Position numbers and translations under genes: made by a program | Part shown: positions 46,350-57,246 of the stretch, in pieces | How positions within the stretch are numbered: the first letter of the stretch is position 1 | Layout: every line of letters starts with the position of its first letter | Source: an uncultured Gammaproteobacteria bacterium | GTDB taxonomy: Bacteria > Pseudomonadota > Gammaproteobacteria > CAWCPV01 | Direction of reading: 5' to 3' | Length of the DNA: 64,000 bases | Assembly (NCBI GenBank): GCA_963797555.1 | Contig: CAWCPV010000014.1 | Coordinates: forward strand, 352,001 to 416,000 | Notes under the pieces: model-generated | The model's input: the letters and a program-made list of their open reading frames with translations, nothing else | Database searches by the model: none | Told to the model about the DNA's origin: nothing

Positions 46350-46700
46350 CGACCTGTCGCTGTTCGACGGACAGCCCCGCTCGGCCACGGCCAGGGCGGT
46401 GCTTGACTCGCGCATCATAGAGATTGGCGGCGAGCCGTTTATGACGGCCATCGCGAAGACGCCCAAAGTGGCGCTGAGAGTCCTCGCCGAAATCGCCTCC
46501 CGGATTCGACGCACGGACGAGACCGTCTGCGAGTTGGCAGACGAGGTGTACCGCGACGCATACTACGACGCGCTGACGGGCCTCGCCAACCGCGCACTGC
46601 TGCACGCTGCGCTGGAGCAGGCGAGCCGAGCGGCGAAGCGGTCCGGGAGGCAGGTGGCGTTGCTGTTCATGGACCTGGGCCGGTTCAAGATAGGTAATGA
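46350..46700 (+). pseudogene. cNMP-binding plus GGDEF fragment
   Basis: LSLFDGQPRSATARA; DALTGLANR..LLFMDLGRFK..ND. Confidence 0.75.
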
Positions 46701-46875
46701 CCATCCTCGTCGGCACCACGTCGCGGACCGACCCCACCCTGATCTATCCGCCCGAGGTTCGCACGGCCAAGGACCGGCTGCGCTACTGCGCGAGCCAGTT
46801 CCCCATTGTCGAGGTGGACAGCTCCTACTACGCCCTGCCCACGGCCCGGAACTCCCAGCTCTGGGTCGAGTGTAC
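46697..46875 (+). pseudogene. DUF72 5' fragment (second copy)
   Basis: MTILVGTTS..SQFPIVEVDSSYYALP; similar to 12118. Confidence 0.8.
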
Positions 46876-47227
46876 CCGCGGGTCCGGACCCGGACACCAC
46901 CGAGCGCCTCAACCCGCGCTCCCGAGCTGTCCCCCTCGCCCGAGCCTTGACGGTTCCGCGCCCCCAGGACTACGCTTCTCCCGCCACATACGGCTGAATT
47001 TCCAATCCGTTCCGCTGGGAGAGAGGCGATGAAGGCCGTCGTCACATCGTTTCTTCCAGCAGGCTGACGCGAGTTGGGCGTCCCCGACGTTGGCACAGGA
47101 GCAAGGCTTGTAGCTGCTCCTTCTCCTCGATGCCGGACACGGCACGCGCTGCGGCGGCGTTCCTAATAACCTCCAGACGCCCGCACCCGGTCCTCGATAG
47201 GGACTAATCCACAAGGAGACAAGCACG

Positions 47228-48064
47228 ATGCAACCAGTCAAGTGCGGTCACGCCTGTGCGATCTTGGCACTCAGTCTCTTGTCAACCAACGGCGTTGCTG
47301 GCGACGCCGCCCCATCGGCTGCTCATGCGGCGCCCACTGCTGGACCGGCCTGTGTCGGTTTCGGGCCTCAGGCGCCCCGCGACATCGACAGCGGCGGGGG
47401 AGAGAACAGAAGCGTGTTCTCCCTGGCGCCCGGTTACCAGAGAATGAATCTCTGCAACATCCATTTCCACAGCCCGGCGGAGCACAAGGCGAAGGACTTT
47501 TCTATCTTGGTCAGTGACGGCGATCACGGCCACGGCGGAGGGTTCCAGTGCGACATCAGCAAGAGCCTCTCCGAATCTGAATTGAAGGCGCCTGCCGAGA
47601 ATCACTGCAAGGACCTAAGGCCCGGTGACACCATCGAGGTGCACTGGGTGTACAGTTCCTGCGACGTGAAGCCTGGTAAGGGCCTCGGTTCCTGCCTGTC
47701 GCAGCAATGCTCCAATCCCAACCTGCGGGTCGAGGCCCAGGTATTCACCGTGGTCAACGATCCGAAGGCCCTGAACTTCATGGATTACGCGTACAGGGGC
47801 AACATCGTCAACGGCTACCCTCAAGCCAAGGCATTGCCGCAGGATACCGGAACTCCCGTCCAGTACCTGGGTTCTACCACTGGCCCCCAATACTCCGAAA
47901 GCACCTGCTCCCCGCTGCAGGTGACCTGGAGCGTGCGCCCCCAGTGCGCGAAGGTCGACATCAACAGCGTCAGCAAGTGGTGCAAGGATAACGTCTTTCG
48001 GGAAGACCATGCCCACGGAATCAGGAAGCTGGTAGTTAACCCGCAGCTATTGGCTCCCTTCTAA
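47228..48064 (+). CDS. delta-class carbonic anhydrase-like exported protein
   Basis: GPQAPRDI, LCNIHFH..AEHK, TIEVHWV, YLGSTTGP and HAHG motifs; signal peptide. Confidence 0.78.
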   Translation: MQPVKCGHACAILALSLLSTNGVAGDAAPSAAHAAPTAGPACVGFGPQAPRDIDSGGGENRSVFSLAPGYQRMNLCNIHFHSPAEHKAKDFSILVSDGDHGHGGGFQCDISKSLSESELKAPAENHCKDLRPGDTIEVHWVYSSCDVKPGKGLGSCLSQQCSNPNLRVEAQVFTVVNDPKALNFMDYAYRGNIVNGYPQAKALPQDTGTPVQYLGSTTGPQYSESTCSPLQVTWSVRPQCAKVDINSVSKWCKDNVFREDHAHGIRKLVVNPQLLAPF

Positions 48065-48586
48065 AGGTGGGAGACCGGCCAACTGCAATCGCTCGGTGAC
48101 AACGGCCCTGGCGATGGCATCAGTCCGTATACGCTCGGTGCCTCCGCCTTGCAGCTCCATCTCTTGATACGCAGAACCCGCGAGCTTTTCCAAGGACCTC
48201 GGCGGGCTCGACCGGCGCGAAGTTCTCCTTCAGGTGGCGATCGCATATCATCCCGGAACCGTCGTTTCCGGCATACAGCACCTCCCTCTCGCTCAGCGCG
48301 CAAGCCACGCCGGAGAGGTCTTCCGCGCGGCTCGCAGGGTCACCCAAGCCAAGGGCGTGGTGGCAAGACTGCCGAACGAGTTCGACGGGATGGTGCTCGC
48401 GGACAGGGACGGAATTCTGGCTCCGGTGCGAAAAGACCGATTCCGGTCACTGGAGCCGCTGACTGCAGTGAAGCGATCCTCGACGTGGGGGCTAGGCCCT
48501 GCGCGGCTAGAGGGTGGCGCCATGGCCGTGCAGACATCGCAGGCGCGCTAAGAGCCCCACATTCCGCGGCCTGATACAATGTGGTC

Positions 48587-49012
48587 CATGAGCAGCGCCG
48601 AGCGTCAGGCGCGCTGGCGCAGGAAGAATTCTCTGCGGCGGGTGGAGCTGTACCTACCAGCCGAGGTAGTCGAGAACGGCTCGATGAGCTGGTGCGGGAG
48701 CACGCCGCCTCCGGGCGCGCCGCGGTGGTCGAGTCCCTCATCGCCGGGACGCTCCCGCCGGTCGACGATAGCCGCCGCGACGCTCCCCACTTCCAACGCG
48801 GGCAAGATCCGTGCGCTCGGCAACCTGAGGCACTACCGCGATGCGCCCGACCCGCAGCGGGTGCCCGTCAAGTACATCGGCCAGAAGCCGGTCAAGAGCG
48901 GGACACCGTGTGCGGCACCGGCCTGCAGTGGACGCCAGGACAGGTGATCGGGGTCCCGAGAGAGATGGCCGAGCGTCTGCTCCGGCACCCCGATGTCTGG
49001 GTCGTTGGCTAA
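48587..49012 (+). pseudogene. RHH-like protein paralogous to 7032, frameshifted
   Basis: MSSAERQARWRR..RRVELYLPAEVVE / RLDEL..GRAAVVES. Confidence 0.5.
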
Positions 49013-49305
49013 GGTCGATCAACCGGGCGACTTTGCACCGGTTTGCACTCCCCGCGCGTCTCGCGTGCGCGTGACAAGGGACAACCGAGCGACAAGCTCG
49101 CTGGTATGCCAGTGAAAGACTTCGTTTGCCGGAATGTTGCTTCGGTCGTTACCGGTAGACGTGCGCCGCCAGTTGCTGGAGGCGCACCAATCGGTGTGGC
49201 AGGCCGGTACACGGCGCCCGCTGTGGGCGGGGCAGGTGCGCGCTATCCTGGGCTAAGCAGGGCTAAGGCCACGCAGCGGCTTCGGGAGGGCGGTACGGCT
49301 CGCTC

Positions 49306-49414
49306 GTAACACGTGTAACAGCACTGATACCCCCGGACCTGGCACCTGTCGTAACGGTGAATCCGTTACAGCACAAGGCTTTCGAGGAGCTGTAACGAAT
49401 GTAACGGCCGTAAC
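49306..49414. repeat. GTAAC iteron cluster
   Basis: GTAAC at 49306, 49315, 49351, 49392, 49401 and 49410; inverted copy at 49365. Confidence 0.6.
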
Positions 49415-49649
49415 ATCCAAAAAAGAGCCAACCGGACCCAAACCCGAACAACGCAGTGCTCAACAGACCCGCTGATCACAATTTCGCATGGGAGTTCCGT
49501 GACACTGTGGAGGTTGTCCTGTGGCCACAGTGCCCGGATCGGCACCTGAAGCATTCGGGTGACGGCGGCTACTGTCGGAAACGCTACCCATATCGCTACC
49601 CATCACACCGCTTCCCTCGACTGCTCTCGGTGACTCCTTGATTATATGA

Positions 49650-49722
49650 AGCTGGCGACAGGATTCGAACCTGCGACATGCTGATTACAAATCAGCTGCT
49701 CTACCGACTGAGCTACGCCAGC
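49650..49722 (-). tRNA. tRNA-Thr(TGT)
   Basis: complete cloverleaf, CTGAT-TTGTAA-TCAG anticodon arm, GGTTCGAATCC; followed by TCA, not CCA. Confidence 0.96.
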
Positions 49723-49795
49723 CTGGGAAGGGGCCTCAAGAGGCGATTGTAAGAACTCCCCGGCTCCGGAACAACACCCCCGACGTGGGCGTCGA

Positions 49796-50545
49796 CTAGC
49801 GCCCGGCGGCGATCGCCGCCAGACCCTGCAGCACCAAGTGGGGCTCGTGCTGGAAGTCACGCGATAGCAAAGGCAGGACTCTTGAGGCATCGCCGCCGCA
49901 GATGAGGCACTTGGGCGTAGCATCGAGTTCTGTGGTCAGGTCGGCTATTACCCGGTCGATGAGGGCGACGACAGCGTAGAGAGTTCCGCCTGCGACTCCT
50001 CCCGCCGTATCCCGGGCGAATAGTGCCACCCGGCTGTCGACTTTCAGCTCAAGGGCTGCGGAGATGCCCTGAACGTTCTCCACTAGCGCACGCCGCATGA
50101 CTTGAAGGCCGGGCACGATGAGCCCACCCAGGTGCTCGCCCTCCGATGACAGCACATCCATGGTCATGGCGGTCCCGCAGTCGACGATGCAAACCAAACT
50201 CCTGTGTCGCTCGCGGGCGGCCACCAACGCGGCCCAGCGGTCCGCCCCAAGCTGGCTAGGTTCGACGTAGGCGTTGACTACGCCGTAGCCCGACGCCTGG
50301 GGCACCACGACCTCCGGCCGAAGGCCCCAGCGCTCCGTGCTCCATTCTGCCAGAACGGCAGATAGGTTCCTCTGGGTGACACTCGCCACGACCCGTGTCG
50401 GTTGCGGCAGATCGGCCCACAGCGACTCAGCCAACGCAGGGAGCGGCAGATCCCGATGACCGCAGCTGCCCCCGAAGTGAAAGTCGCATCCGTCCAGCGA
50501 GGCCCATTTGATGCGCGAATGGCCGATGTCGATGAGGAGAATCAT
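49796..50545 (-). CDS. coaX: type III pantothenate kinase
   Basis: LIDIGHSRIKW, LGADRW, VDCGTA and GGLIVPG motifs; downstream of birA. Confidence 0.94.
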   Translation of the reverse strand: MILLIDIGHSRIKWASLDGCDFHFGGSCGHRDLPLPALAESLWADLPQPTRVVASVTQRNLSAVLAEWSTERWGLRPEVVVPQASGYGVVNAYVEPSQLGADRWAALVAARERHRSLVCIVDCGTAMTMDVLSSEGEHLGGLIVPGLQVMRRALVENVQGISAALELKVDSRVALFARDTAGGVAGGTLYAVVALIDRVIADLTTELDATPKCLICGGDASRVLPLLSRDFQHEPHLVLQGLAAIAAGR

Positions 50546-51510
50546 CCCAAGCGTAAGGTTACGTCGCCGGAAGAATAGTGGCGAATGCCCCCGTCGTGGT
50601 ATAGGGTCAGTTCACCTGCAGGCGTAACGCCGAGGGCCACGCCGGTGACTGCGCGGTCATTCCAGCGGAGGTTTACCGGCCTGCCGGCCGTGAGATCCAG
50701 ACGCACCCAGTCATCGAGGAAAGGCTGGAGCCCCAACCGCTCATACGTATGCAACGCCAAGAGCAGGTGATGCAGTAACCTGCCGGCGACACGATTGCGA
50801 GACGCGCGAGTTCCGAGGACTTCTTGGAGGTCGCAGCATGGCTGGTCGATGGCTCGAGCCGATGCGTCCGGCATGCGCACATTGAGGCCCACGCCGACCA
50901 CGCACCCGTGCGGCGCCGAAGGGCCGGATACGGCTTCCACGAGCACACCGCCCAGCTTCCGTCCCTTCCACAGAAGGTCGTTGGGCCATTTGAGTCCGAT
51001 GTCCCGCGCTCCTGCCTCCTCCACTGATCGGGCCACGGCCACGCCCATGGCCAGACTCAATCCGCCCGGGGACTCCGACCGCGCCCTCAAGTGCCAGAGC
51101 ACTGACAGGCAGATACTGGACGCCAATGGCGCCACCCAGGCACGGCCGCGCCGTCCATGTCCGGCAGACTGGTATTCCGCAAGACACGCCCACCCCTTAT
51201 AAAGATCTCCCGCCCGATCCAGCAGGTGACGGTTGGTGGAATCCAAGACATCACCGATGTCGATCCCGCTAAGGAGCGAACGGGATCCCTCGTCCAGCGC
51301 CGACAGCACCGCGCCGCGGCGCAGGAACTCCAGGGGCTCTGTCAGCCGGAAACTCCCACCCGGTGCTGGCTGCACTTGGACCCCCAAGCCCTCGAGTTCC
51401 CGAACACCGCACTGGAGGGCCGCGGGGTCTCCGAACTCCTCGCTCAACTCTACCCTGCTGCGGGATTCTCCATCCGCCAACAGACGCGCCAGCTTTAGAG
51501 CGACTTCCAT
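50542..51510 (-). CDS. birA: biotin-protein ligase/repressor
   Basis: DSTN, Q.AGHGRRGRAW and KWPNDL..GRKLGGVL motifs; start uncertain. Confidence 0.93.
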   Translation of the reverse strand: MEVALKLARLLADGESRSRVELSEEFGDPAALQCGVRELEGLGVQVQPAPGGSFRLTEPLEFLRRGAVLSALDEGSRSLLSGIDIGDVLDSTNRHLLDRAGDLYKGWACLAEYQSAGHGRRGRAWVAPLASSICLSVLWHLRARSESPGGLSLAMGVAVARSVEEAGARDIGLKWPNDLLWKGRKLGGVLVEAVSGPSAPHGCVVGVGLNVRMPDASARAIDQPCCDLQEVLGTRASRNRVAGRLLHHLLLALHTYERLGLQPFLDDWVRLDLTAGRPVNLRWNDRAVTGVALGVTPAGELTLYHDGGIRHYSSGDVTLRLG

Positions 51511-51681
51511 GGCAGCGGCTTCAACCATGACTGGTAATTTTCGGGGCTCGGATTCTAGCATGCGGCGGCAAGCGCACCGTACCGCCGTCGCGGTCACCTA
51601 TAGAAGAGTCTCCTGGAAAATCCGGGAGGTGTTTACCATACTTGACGGGCACCACTCGACTGGAGGATAGGAGCAGCAACC

Positions 51682-51981
51682 ATGAAGACCCTATTTATCG
51701 CGTTGTGGCTCGCGGGCAGCGTAACGGTCGCTGCGACGGCCTACGGTGATATCCCATGGGAATTCGGCACCGCGCGGGGGCACGCACAGCAACAGCAGGC
51801 GAATGCAGTCGCGGCGGCGATGAATCAGCGGTGGGCGCAGTATACGACGCCGCCTGTGTGGAGCAGTATCGGCCCGGTGCTCGTCCCCTGGAACGGCCGT
51901 CCTCAGATGCCACCTCCCGGTATCCGAGGCGGCGCTTGTTACGCCGGCTGGATGGGAGGACCGCCCTCCGGGCGCTGTTAG
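51682..51981 (+). CDS. small exported hypothetical protein
   Basis: RBS AGGAG; signal peptide. Confidence 0.55.
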   Translation: MKTLFIALWLAGSVTVAATAYGDIPWEFGTARGHAQQQQANAVAAAMNQRWAQYTTPPVWSSIGPVLVPWNGRPQMPPPGIRGGACYAGWMGGPPSGRC

Positions 51982-52153
51982 CCGCTCCGCCCGTAGGATG
52001 GGGTGGGGCATCCGACGGGTCTTCAGCCACTCACGAATCCGCGCGGCCGTCCGGGAACAACCCGTCGATTTGCCCCGCCCCTTCCTCGGGCTCAGTCCCC
52101 CGGGACTGAGCCCCCGTAAATAGACCTGCTGCGACCATTTCTTCACAAAGCTC

Positions 52154-53272
52154 TCAGCCTTGGCCCGCCTCCGACTCCACCGGGGCATCCGCCGAAGGTC
52201 TGTCGTCAGGGGTAACCTCAAGACCGTGGGTCGCTCGTGGCCAGGCGGTAATGACGGCCTGCACCAGGGTCGCTAGCGGGATCGCAAAGAAGATGCCCCA
52301 GAACCCCCACATATCCCCGAACACTAGGAGAGCGAGGATGATCGCCACGAAGTGTAAGTTCACCACCTCCGAGAAGATGAGCGGCACCAGCAGATTGCCA
52401 TCCACCACCTGGATGATCGTATAGGCCAGGACCGAATAGGCGAACCCGGCGCTCCACCCCCATTGGAAGTAAGCCACCATCGCCACGGGTATGGTCACGG
52501 AAATGGCTCCGATGTACGGAACGATGGTCGACAGACCCACCAGCGCCCCGAGTAAGACGGCGTAGTTCAACCCCATGAGGGCGAACACGACGTAGGAACC
52601 TAGGGCAACGATGAGGATCTCGAGAAACTTCCCGCGGACGTAGTTGCCGATCTGTTCGTTCATCTCCTTCCAGACCTGCGCCGCGAGGCGCCGTTCGTGC
52701 GGCAGAAACGTAGCGATCCATTCGAGGATCGTATCCTTGTCCTTGAGGAAGAAGAACACGAGCATCGGCACGAGGATCACGTATACCAGCAGCGTGATGA
52801 GGTCCGGGATGAACGCCAGCGAGTGAGACAGGACCTCCTGGCCCCAAGCCGCCACCTGATTGCGGATGGCGGTAATAATCTCGCGCACCAACGCCTCGGA
52901 CACCGTCTCCGGATACAGCTCGGGCAGTCTGAGAAGGAGCTGTTGTCCCTTCACGATCATGTTCGGAAGCTCCTGAAAGAACTGCGTGATCTGCCCGGAT
53001 AGCAGGGGCAGCAGCCCGAACAGCGAGTAAACCAAGCAGGCGAAAAACACCGAGAAGACGATAGTCACCGCCGGCAAGCGCGGGATGCGATAGCGCTCCA
53101 GGAATCCGATCACCCCCTCCAACAGATAGGCGATGACGATCCCAGCGATGACCGGCGCCAGGGTCCGCCCCAGCAGCATGATCGTGGCGAAACCGACCGC
53201 CAACAGCAGTCCCAGGATGACCACCTGAGGATCTGCGAGGTAGCGCTTGAACCAAGCGCTGATGACATTCAT
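52154..53272 (-). CDS. AI-2E family transporter (PerM-like)
   Basis: multi-pass membrane protein; YVRGK, VPYIGA, DGNLLVP and WGFWGIFFAIP motifs. Confidence 0.92.
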   Translation of the reverse strand: MNVISAWFKRYLADPQVVILGLLLAVGFATIMLLGRTLAPVIAGIVIAYLLEGVIGFLERYRIPRLPAVTIVFSVFFACLVYSLFGLLPLLSGQITQFFQELPNMIVKGQQLLLRLPELYPETVSEALVREIITAIRNQVAAWGQEVLSHSLAFIPDLITLLVYVILVPMLVFFFLKDKDTILEWIATFLPHERRLAAQVWKEMNEQIGNYVRGKFLEILIVALGSYVVFALMGLNYAVLLGALVGLSTIVPYIGAISVTIPVAMVAYFQWGWSAGFAYSVLAYTIIQVVDGNLLVPLIFSEVVNLHFVAIILALLVFGDMWGFWGIFFAIPLATLVQAVITAWPRATHGLEVTPDDRPSADAPVESEAGQG

Positions 53273-53739
53273 TTGGAGGCGTCGTCGGTCCCAGCCAGGT
53301 GCTCATAGTGCCGCCTGAACAGCACCTCCAGCTCGTCGATGACCTCGACCGCGTCCCGGCCGTGCATCACGTGCTGACTGACCAGAAGGGAGGTCTCGTT
53401 CAGCAGTACCGCCTTGTCCAGCATCGGGTAGGTAGCCGAGAGGCGCTTCAAAGCCCCAATGACCGACTCGCGCTCGGGACGCTGCACCGCTATCGGCGAA
53501 CCCACGGACTGAGGCGTTGCGGCAAGCCGACTTTCCAAGAACTCCGCGAAGGCGAGGACGGTCGCCCGCCCCTCCTCACCCAGGAGGCGAAATATCTTCA
53601 ACAGCCTACGCTCGTCCGAGGCCACTGCTACTCCCGTTGAGACCGAAGACCGAAGCCTTGTGGCGCTCGCTGTTTCAGGTCCGGCTCCTTGACCAGCGCC
53701 GCCATCACGGGATCCTCCGTCGGCTGCATACGGTCCCAC
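53269..53739 (-). CDS. hypothetical protein; true start probably near 53620
   Basis: coding-like ..AFAEFL..ESVIGALKRLSATYPML..; stop overlaps the next ATG. Confidence 0.7.
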   Translation of the reverse strand: MGPYAADGGSRDGGAGQGAGPETASATRLRSSVSTGVAVASDERRLLKIFRLLGEEGRATVLAFAEFLESRLAATPQSVGSPIAVQRPERESVIGALKRLSATYPMLDKAVLLNETSLLVSQHVMHGRDAVEVIDELEVLFRRHYEHLAGTDDASK

Positions 53740-54265
53740 GTCTGGCGCGTCCTCGTGAGAGGCTGCCCGATGTCGTCCGGCGGGTCCCGACCGACTCCAT
53801 CACTATGCCCTCTGACATGGCACCCTTCATCTCCGGCACAAACAGTGGGCCGTGAGTCTGGTGGTGGGGCCGGACGGCGAACCACTTGCCTGAGTGGTCC
53901 ATAACGATAGGGCGGAGCCCTTCGGGCAGCTCCGCGGAGCCGTTGTACGCGACCAACCCGCGCTCCGAGCACGGCTTGCACAAGGCTGTTCTTGGTGCCA
54001 ACCTCGGTGGCAAACGCCGTGGTCCAACAGGACGTTCGGGAAGACTCGAACCACGGCGGCCGCGCCCCGGCCCCTGCGGGCACCAGGCGGCGGCGAATGC
54101 CGATACCCACGACGGGCGCGTCCGTCTGTTGAAAAAAGCTGATGAGCGGCTTCTGGCCGACAAAGGGCCGAAATGGTTAAAACCGACGTTGCGCAACTCC
54201 AGTCGGCGCTCAATCCGGCCCACGCCCTCCCGATAGGAATGCTCCACGACGGCGTAAAGTCTCAT
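53705..54265 (-). CDS. hypothetical protein
   Basis: 186-aa ORF in operon position after LysR. Confidence 0.5.
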   Translation of the reverse strand: MRLYAVVEHSYREGVGRIERRLELRNVGFNHFGPLSARSRSSAFFNRRTRPSWVSAFAAAWCPQGPGRGRRGSSLPERPVGPRRLPPRLAPRTALCKPCSERGLVAYNGSAELPEGLRPIVMDHSGKWFAVRPHHQTHGPLFVPEMKGAMSEGIVMESVGTRRTTSGSLSRGRARRGTVCSRRRIP

Positions 54266-54278
54266 TCCACGCGCCGCC

Positions 54279-55196
54279 TTAGCGGCCCGCAGCAGCCGTC
54301 GCGTGCGCCTTGCAGTAAGTGCGGGCGAAACTCAGGATCTCATCCACGGCCCGCATGCGGAACTTCTGTTTCTGGTAGACGAAGGAAAACGGCCGTTCCA
54401 AGGGCGGATCGAGTTGTGCTGCGGCCAGTGATCCCAGCTGCAACTCCTTGACGATCGTCACCCGGGACAGCACAGAAATCCCCATCCCTGCCTCGACTGC
54501 GCCTTTGATGGCCTCTGGACTGCCGAGCTCCATGACGATGTTCAAATCTCCCGCGCCCAGCCCCGCGGCACTCAGATAATCGAAGATCACTTCGCGGGTG
54601 CCCGAGCCCTCCTCGCGGCAGATATAGGGGTAGCTGGCCAGCCGGTGCACCGCGACCGGCTCGGGGCCGGCCAAGGGATGATGGGCTGGCGTCACAACGA
54701 CCAACTGGTCCATGCGGCACACCTCTACGATCAGGTTCTTGTTATTCACCGGGCCCTCTACCACGCCTAGATCGATGGCGTTGCTCTCCACCATATTCAC
54801 CACGCCCTCGGTGTTCGAGACCTTCAAGCGGATGTTGATCTCCGGGTATTTTGACTTGAAATCCCCAAGCAGCGCCGGCAGCATGTACTCGGCGATGGTG
54901 GTGCTGGCGCCAATGATCAGCACGCCGCTGATGTCGCCGGTCAGTTCGCGCACCGCGTTGTCCATGGCGCGGTACTGCTCCAAGATACGGTCTGCATACT
55001 GGAACACCAGCTTGCCGGCGTCGGTCAGGGTGATGCGGTTATGCGTCCTGTCGAACAGGCGCGTGTTGAAATACTCTTCAAGCTGGCGCACCTGGAAGGT
55101 CACGGCCGGCTGGGTCATATGCAAGGTCTCGGCCGCCTTGGTGAAACTGAGCAGCCGGGCCACGGTATGAAAGACTTGCAGCCTCCTGTCCGCCAT
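54279..55196 (-). CDS. LysR family regulator (CysL/CbbR-like)
   Basis: SFTKAAETLHMTQPAV, GASTTI and REEGSGTR motifs. Confidence 0.95.
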   Translation of the reverse strand: MADRRLQVFHTVARLLSFTKAAETLHMTQPAVTFQVRQLEEYFNTRLFDRTHNRITLTDAGKLVFQYADRILEQYRAMDNAVRELTGDISGVLIIGASTTIAEYMLPALLGDFKSKYPEINIRLKVSNTEGVVNMVESNAIDLGVVEGPVNNKNLIVEVCRMDQLVVVTPAHHPLAGPEPVAVHRLASYPYICREEGSGTREVIFDYLSAAGLGAGDLNIVMELGSPEAIKGAVEAGMGISVLSRVTIVKELQLGSLAAAQLDPPLERPFSFVYQKQKFRMRAVDEILSFARTYCKAHATAAAGR

Positions 55197-55678
55197 CACA
55201 TCCTGACCCACGCCTCGGGCGTCATTGCAGAACCTTCCGAAAGACTTGACTATATTCTAACGCGCGAGACCGACACGGGTTCTGTGCGCGCATCCCCATG
55301 CTTAGCAACGGTCGTCCCATGAGATAACAGACGCGGGGTAAGAGTTCGACCTGCGGGGCGTGAGTCTGTAGGCGGTTAACTGCACCCGAGCCGCCCGCGC
55401 AAGCTGCGGCTGCGCGCGCACCCACTCCGGGGTGCGTTCTCGCTGGGCCTCCAGCGCTGCTATCTGCCCAGCGCCGCGCACGGACAACTTCCGTGGGCGT
55501 CAGGGTGACGAGTATTCGTTGAGCGGTTACCCCCAAGGTCAAGTCACATCCCAGAGACGGGTCCTTCCTGTCCTCTCGGGGCGGACGACCCTCGTCTCTC
55601 GCCAAGCAGCAGGCGCTGCTGCGCCGGCTCACACGGCGCGCGACGCCCCAACCGCCGCGCGGGTTCGCTGCCGCGCTG

Positions 55679-56071
55679 TCACAGCGCGTCCATAACCCGC
55701 ACCAGCCGCTGGCGCACCTCGGTGGCCAACTCCGTCACGGCAGGATTATCCACGAGTTGCAGGACGGCCTGGGGGTCCATGAACTCGATGTGTACCGTAC
55801 TGTCGTGGTCCTGCCTGACCACGACGTTGCACGGCAGCAGCAGACCGATGCTCGGCTCCGCCGCCAGTGCCCGGTGCGCCAGGGGCGGATTGCATGCCCC
55901 GAGGATACGATAAGGCGGAATCTCGCTGCCCAGTTTCTGCTTGAGCGTCGCGGCCACGTCGATCTCGGTGAGTACCCCGAACCCCTCTGTCTTGAGGGCG
56001 TCGGTGACCGACTGAAGCGCCCGTTCGAATTCCATGTGCACTTGTTTGCCGAAACCATAACTGACAGCCAT
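55679..56071 (-). CDS. DUF302 protein
   Basis: GFGVLTEID, ILGACNP and IGLLLPCNVVV motifs. Confidence 0.92.
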   Translation of the reverse strand: MAVSYGFGKQVHMEFERALQSVTDALKTEGFGVLTEIDVAATLKQKLGSEIPPYRILGACNPPLAHRALAAEPSIGLLLPCNVVVRQDHDSTVHIEFMDPQAVLQLVDNPAVTELATEVRQRLVRVMDAL

Positions 56072-56102
56072 GCGGGTTCACCTCTATAATTGTCGGGCGC
56101 GG

Positions 56103-56187
56103 CGGAGAGGGTGGGATTCGAACCCACGGGAGGTCACCCTCCAACGGTTTTCAAGACCGCCGCTTTCGACCGCTCAGCCACCTCTCC
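56103..56187 (-). tRNA. tRNA-Ser(TGA)
   Basis: GGAGAGG acceptor stem, GGTCTTGAAAACC anticodon arm, long variable arm. Confidence 0.96.
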
Positions 56188-56347
56188 GAACGCGTGACAG
56201 AATACCCGATGGCCCGGTCCGGATGCCACCTTGGCCCCGGACGCGGCATGCAGTAAGCTGGACGCCTCGGAATGAAACGCCCGGCCGCCTGTCCAACGGG
56301 TAGCCGGTATTGAGCCAAGCCACAAACCAAGAGGGAGACATCATCCG

Positions 56348-57013
56348 ATGCCTACGCCGCCGCAGATCCTGACGCGCCGCGTCGATACGACACTCGCCAC
56401 CAACAAAGTCCTGCGAAATACCTACGCCTTGCTGGCCATGACCTTGATGTTCAGTGCCGCAACGGCCGGCGTTTCCATGGCGCTGAATTTGCCCCACCCT
56501 GGGGTCCTGATCACCCTGGTGGGTTATTTCGGGTTGCTGTTTCTGACTACGAAGTTCCGTAACAGCGCCCTGGGACTGGTTTTCGTGTTCGCTCTGACGG
56601 GCTTCATGGGGTTAACCTTGGGACCGATCCTGCACGCCTATCTGAAGCTGTCCAACGGGACCCAGATAGTAACTCTCGCACTGGGCGGCACGGCTGCCGT
56701 CTTCGTCGGCCTGTCCGCCTATGCCGTGACGTCACGAAAAGACTTCAGTTTCCTGGGCGGGATGCTGACGGCCGGTATCCTGGTGGCGTTCCTGGCAGGG
56801 CTGGCCGCCTACTTCTTTGCTATGCCGACCCTCGCTCTCGCCGTATCCGCCATGTTCGCGCTTCTCATGTCGGGCCTGATCCTCTTCGAGACCAGCCAGA
56901 TCGTCCAGGGGGGTGAGACCAACTACATCATGGCAACCGTCACCCTCTACATCAGCATCTACAACCTCCTCCTCAGCTTACTCCAGCTCTTGGGCTTCGC
57001 GAGCGAGGAGTAG
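56348..57013 (+). CDS. yccA: Bax inhibitor-1/YccA membrane protein
   Basis: NKVLRNTY and GGETNYIMATV motifs; divergent from tRNA-Ser. Confidence 0.93.
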   Translation: MPTPPQILTRRVDTTLATNKVLRNTYALLAMTLMFSAATAGVSMALNLPHPGVLITLVGYFGLLFLTTKFRNSALGLVFVFALTGFMGLTLGPILHAYLKLSNGTQIVTLALGGTAAVFVGLSAYAVTSRKDFSFLGGMLTAGILVAFLAGLAAYFFAMPTLALAVSAMFALLMSGLILFETSQIVQGGETNYIMATVTLYISIYNLLLSLLQLLGFASEE

Positions 57014-57246
57014 TGGTTGATGACGGGCACACCGGCTTGTGGGGATCATTCTCGACGGTCGCGGCCCGGGAACCCCCACAGATCGGATTTGCGCGCACTC
57101 CGCTTCATACTGGCGGTCGCAAGCGTCTCCGATACTCGTAGTCGGCTCGCCCTCGGTTAGACGGGTGCAAGGCGCGCTGGCAAGGACGCTTCGAATTCTT
57201 CCGCGCGCCGCTCGAGAAATGGGACAATCACGGCAAGAGGCATGCT

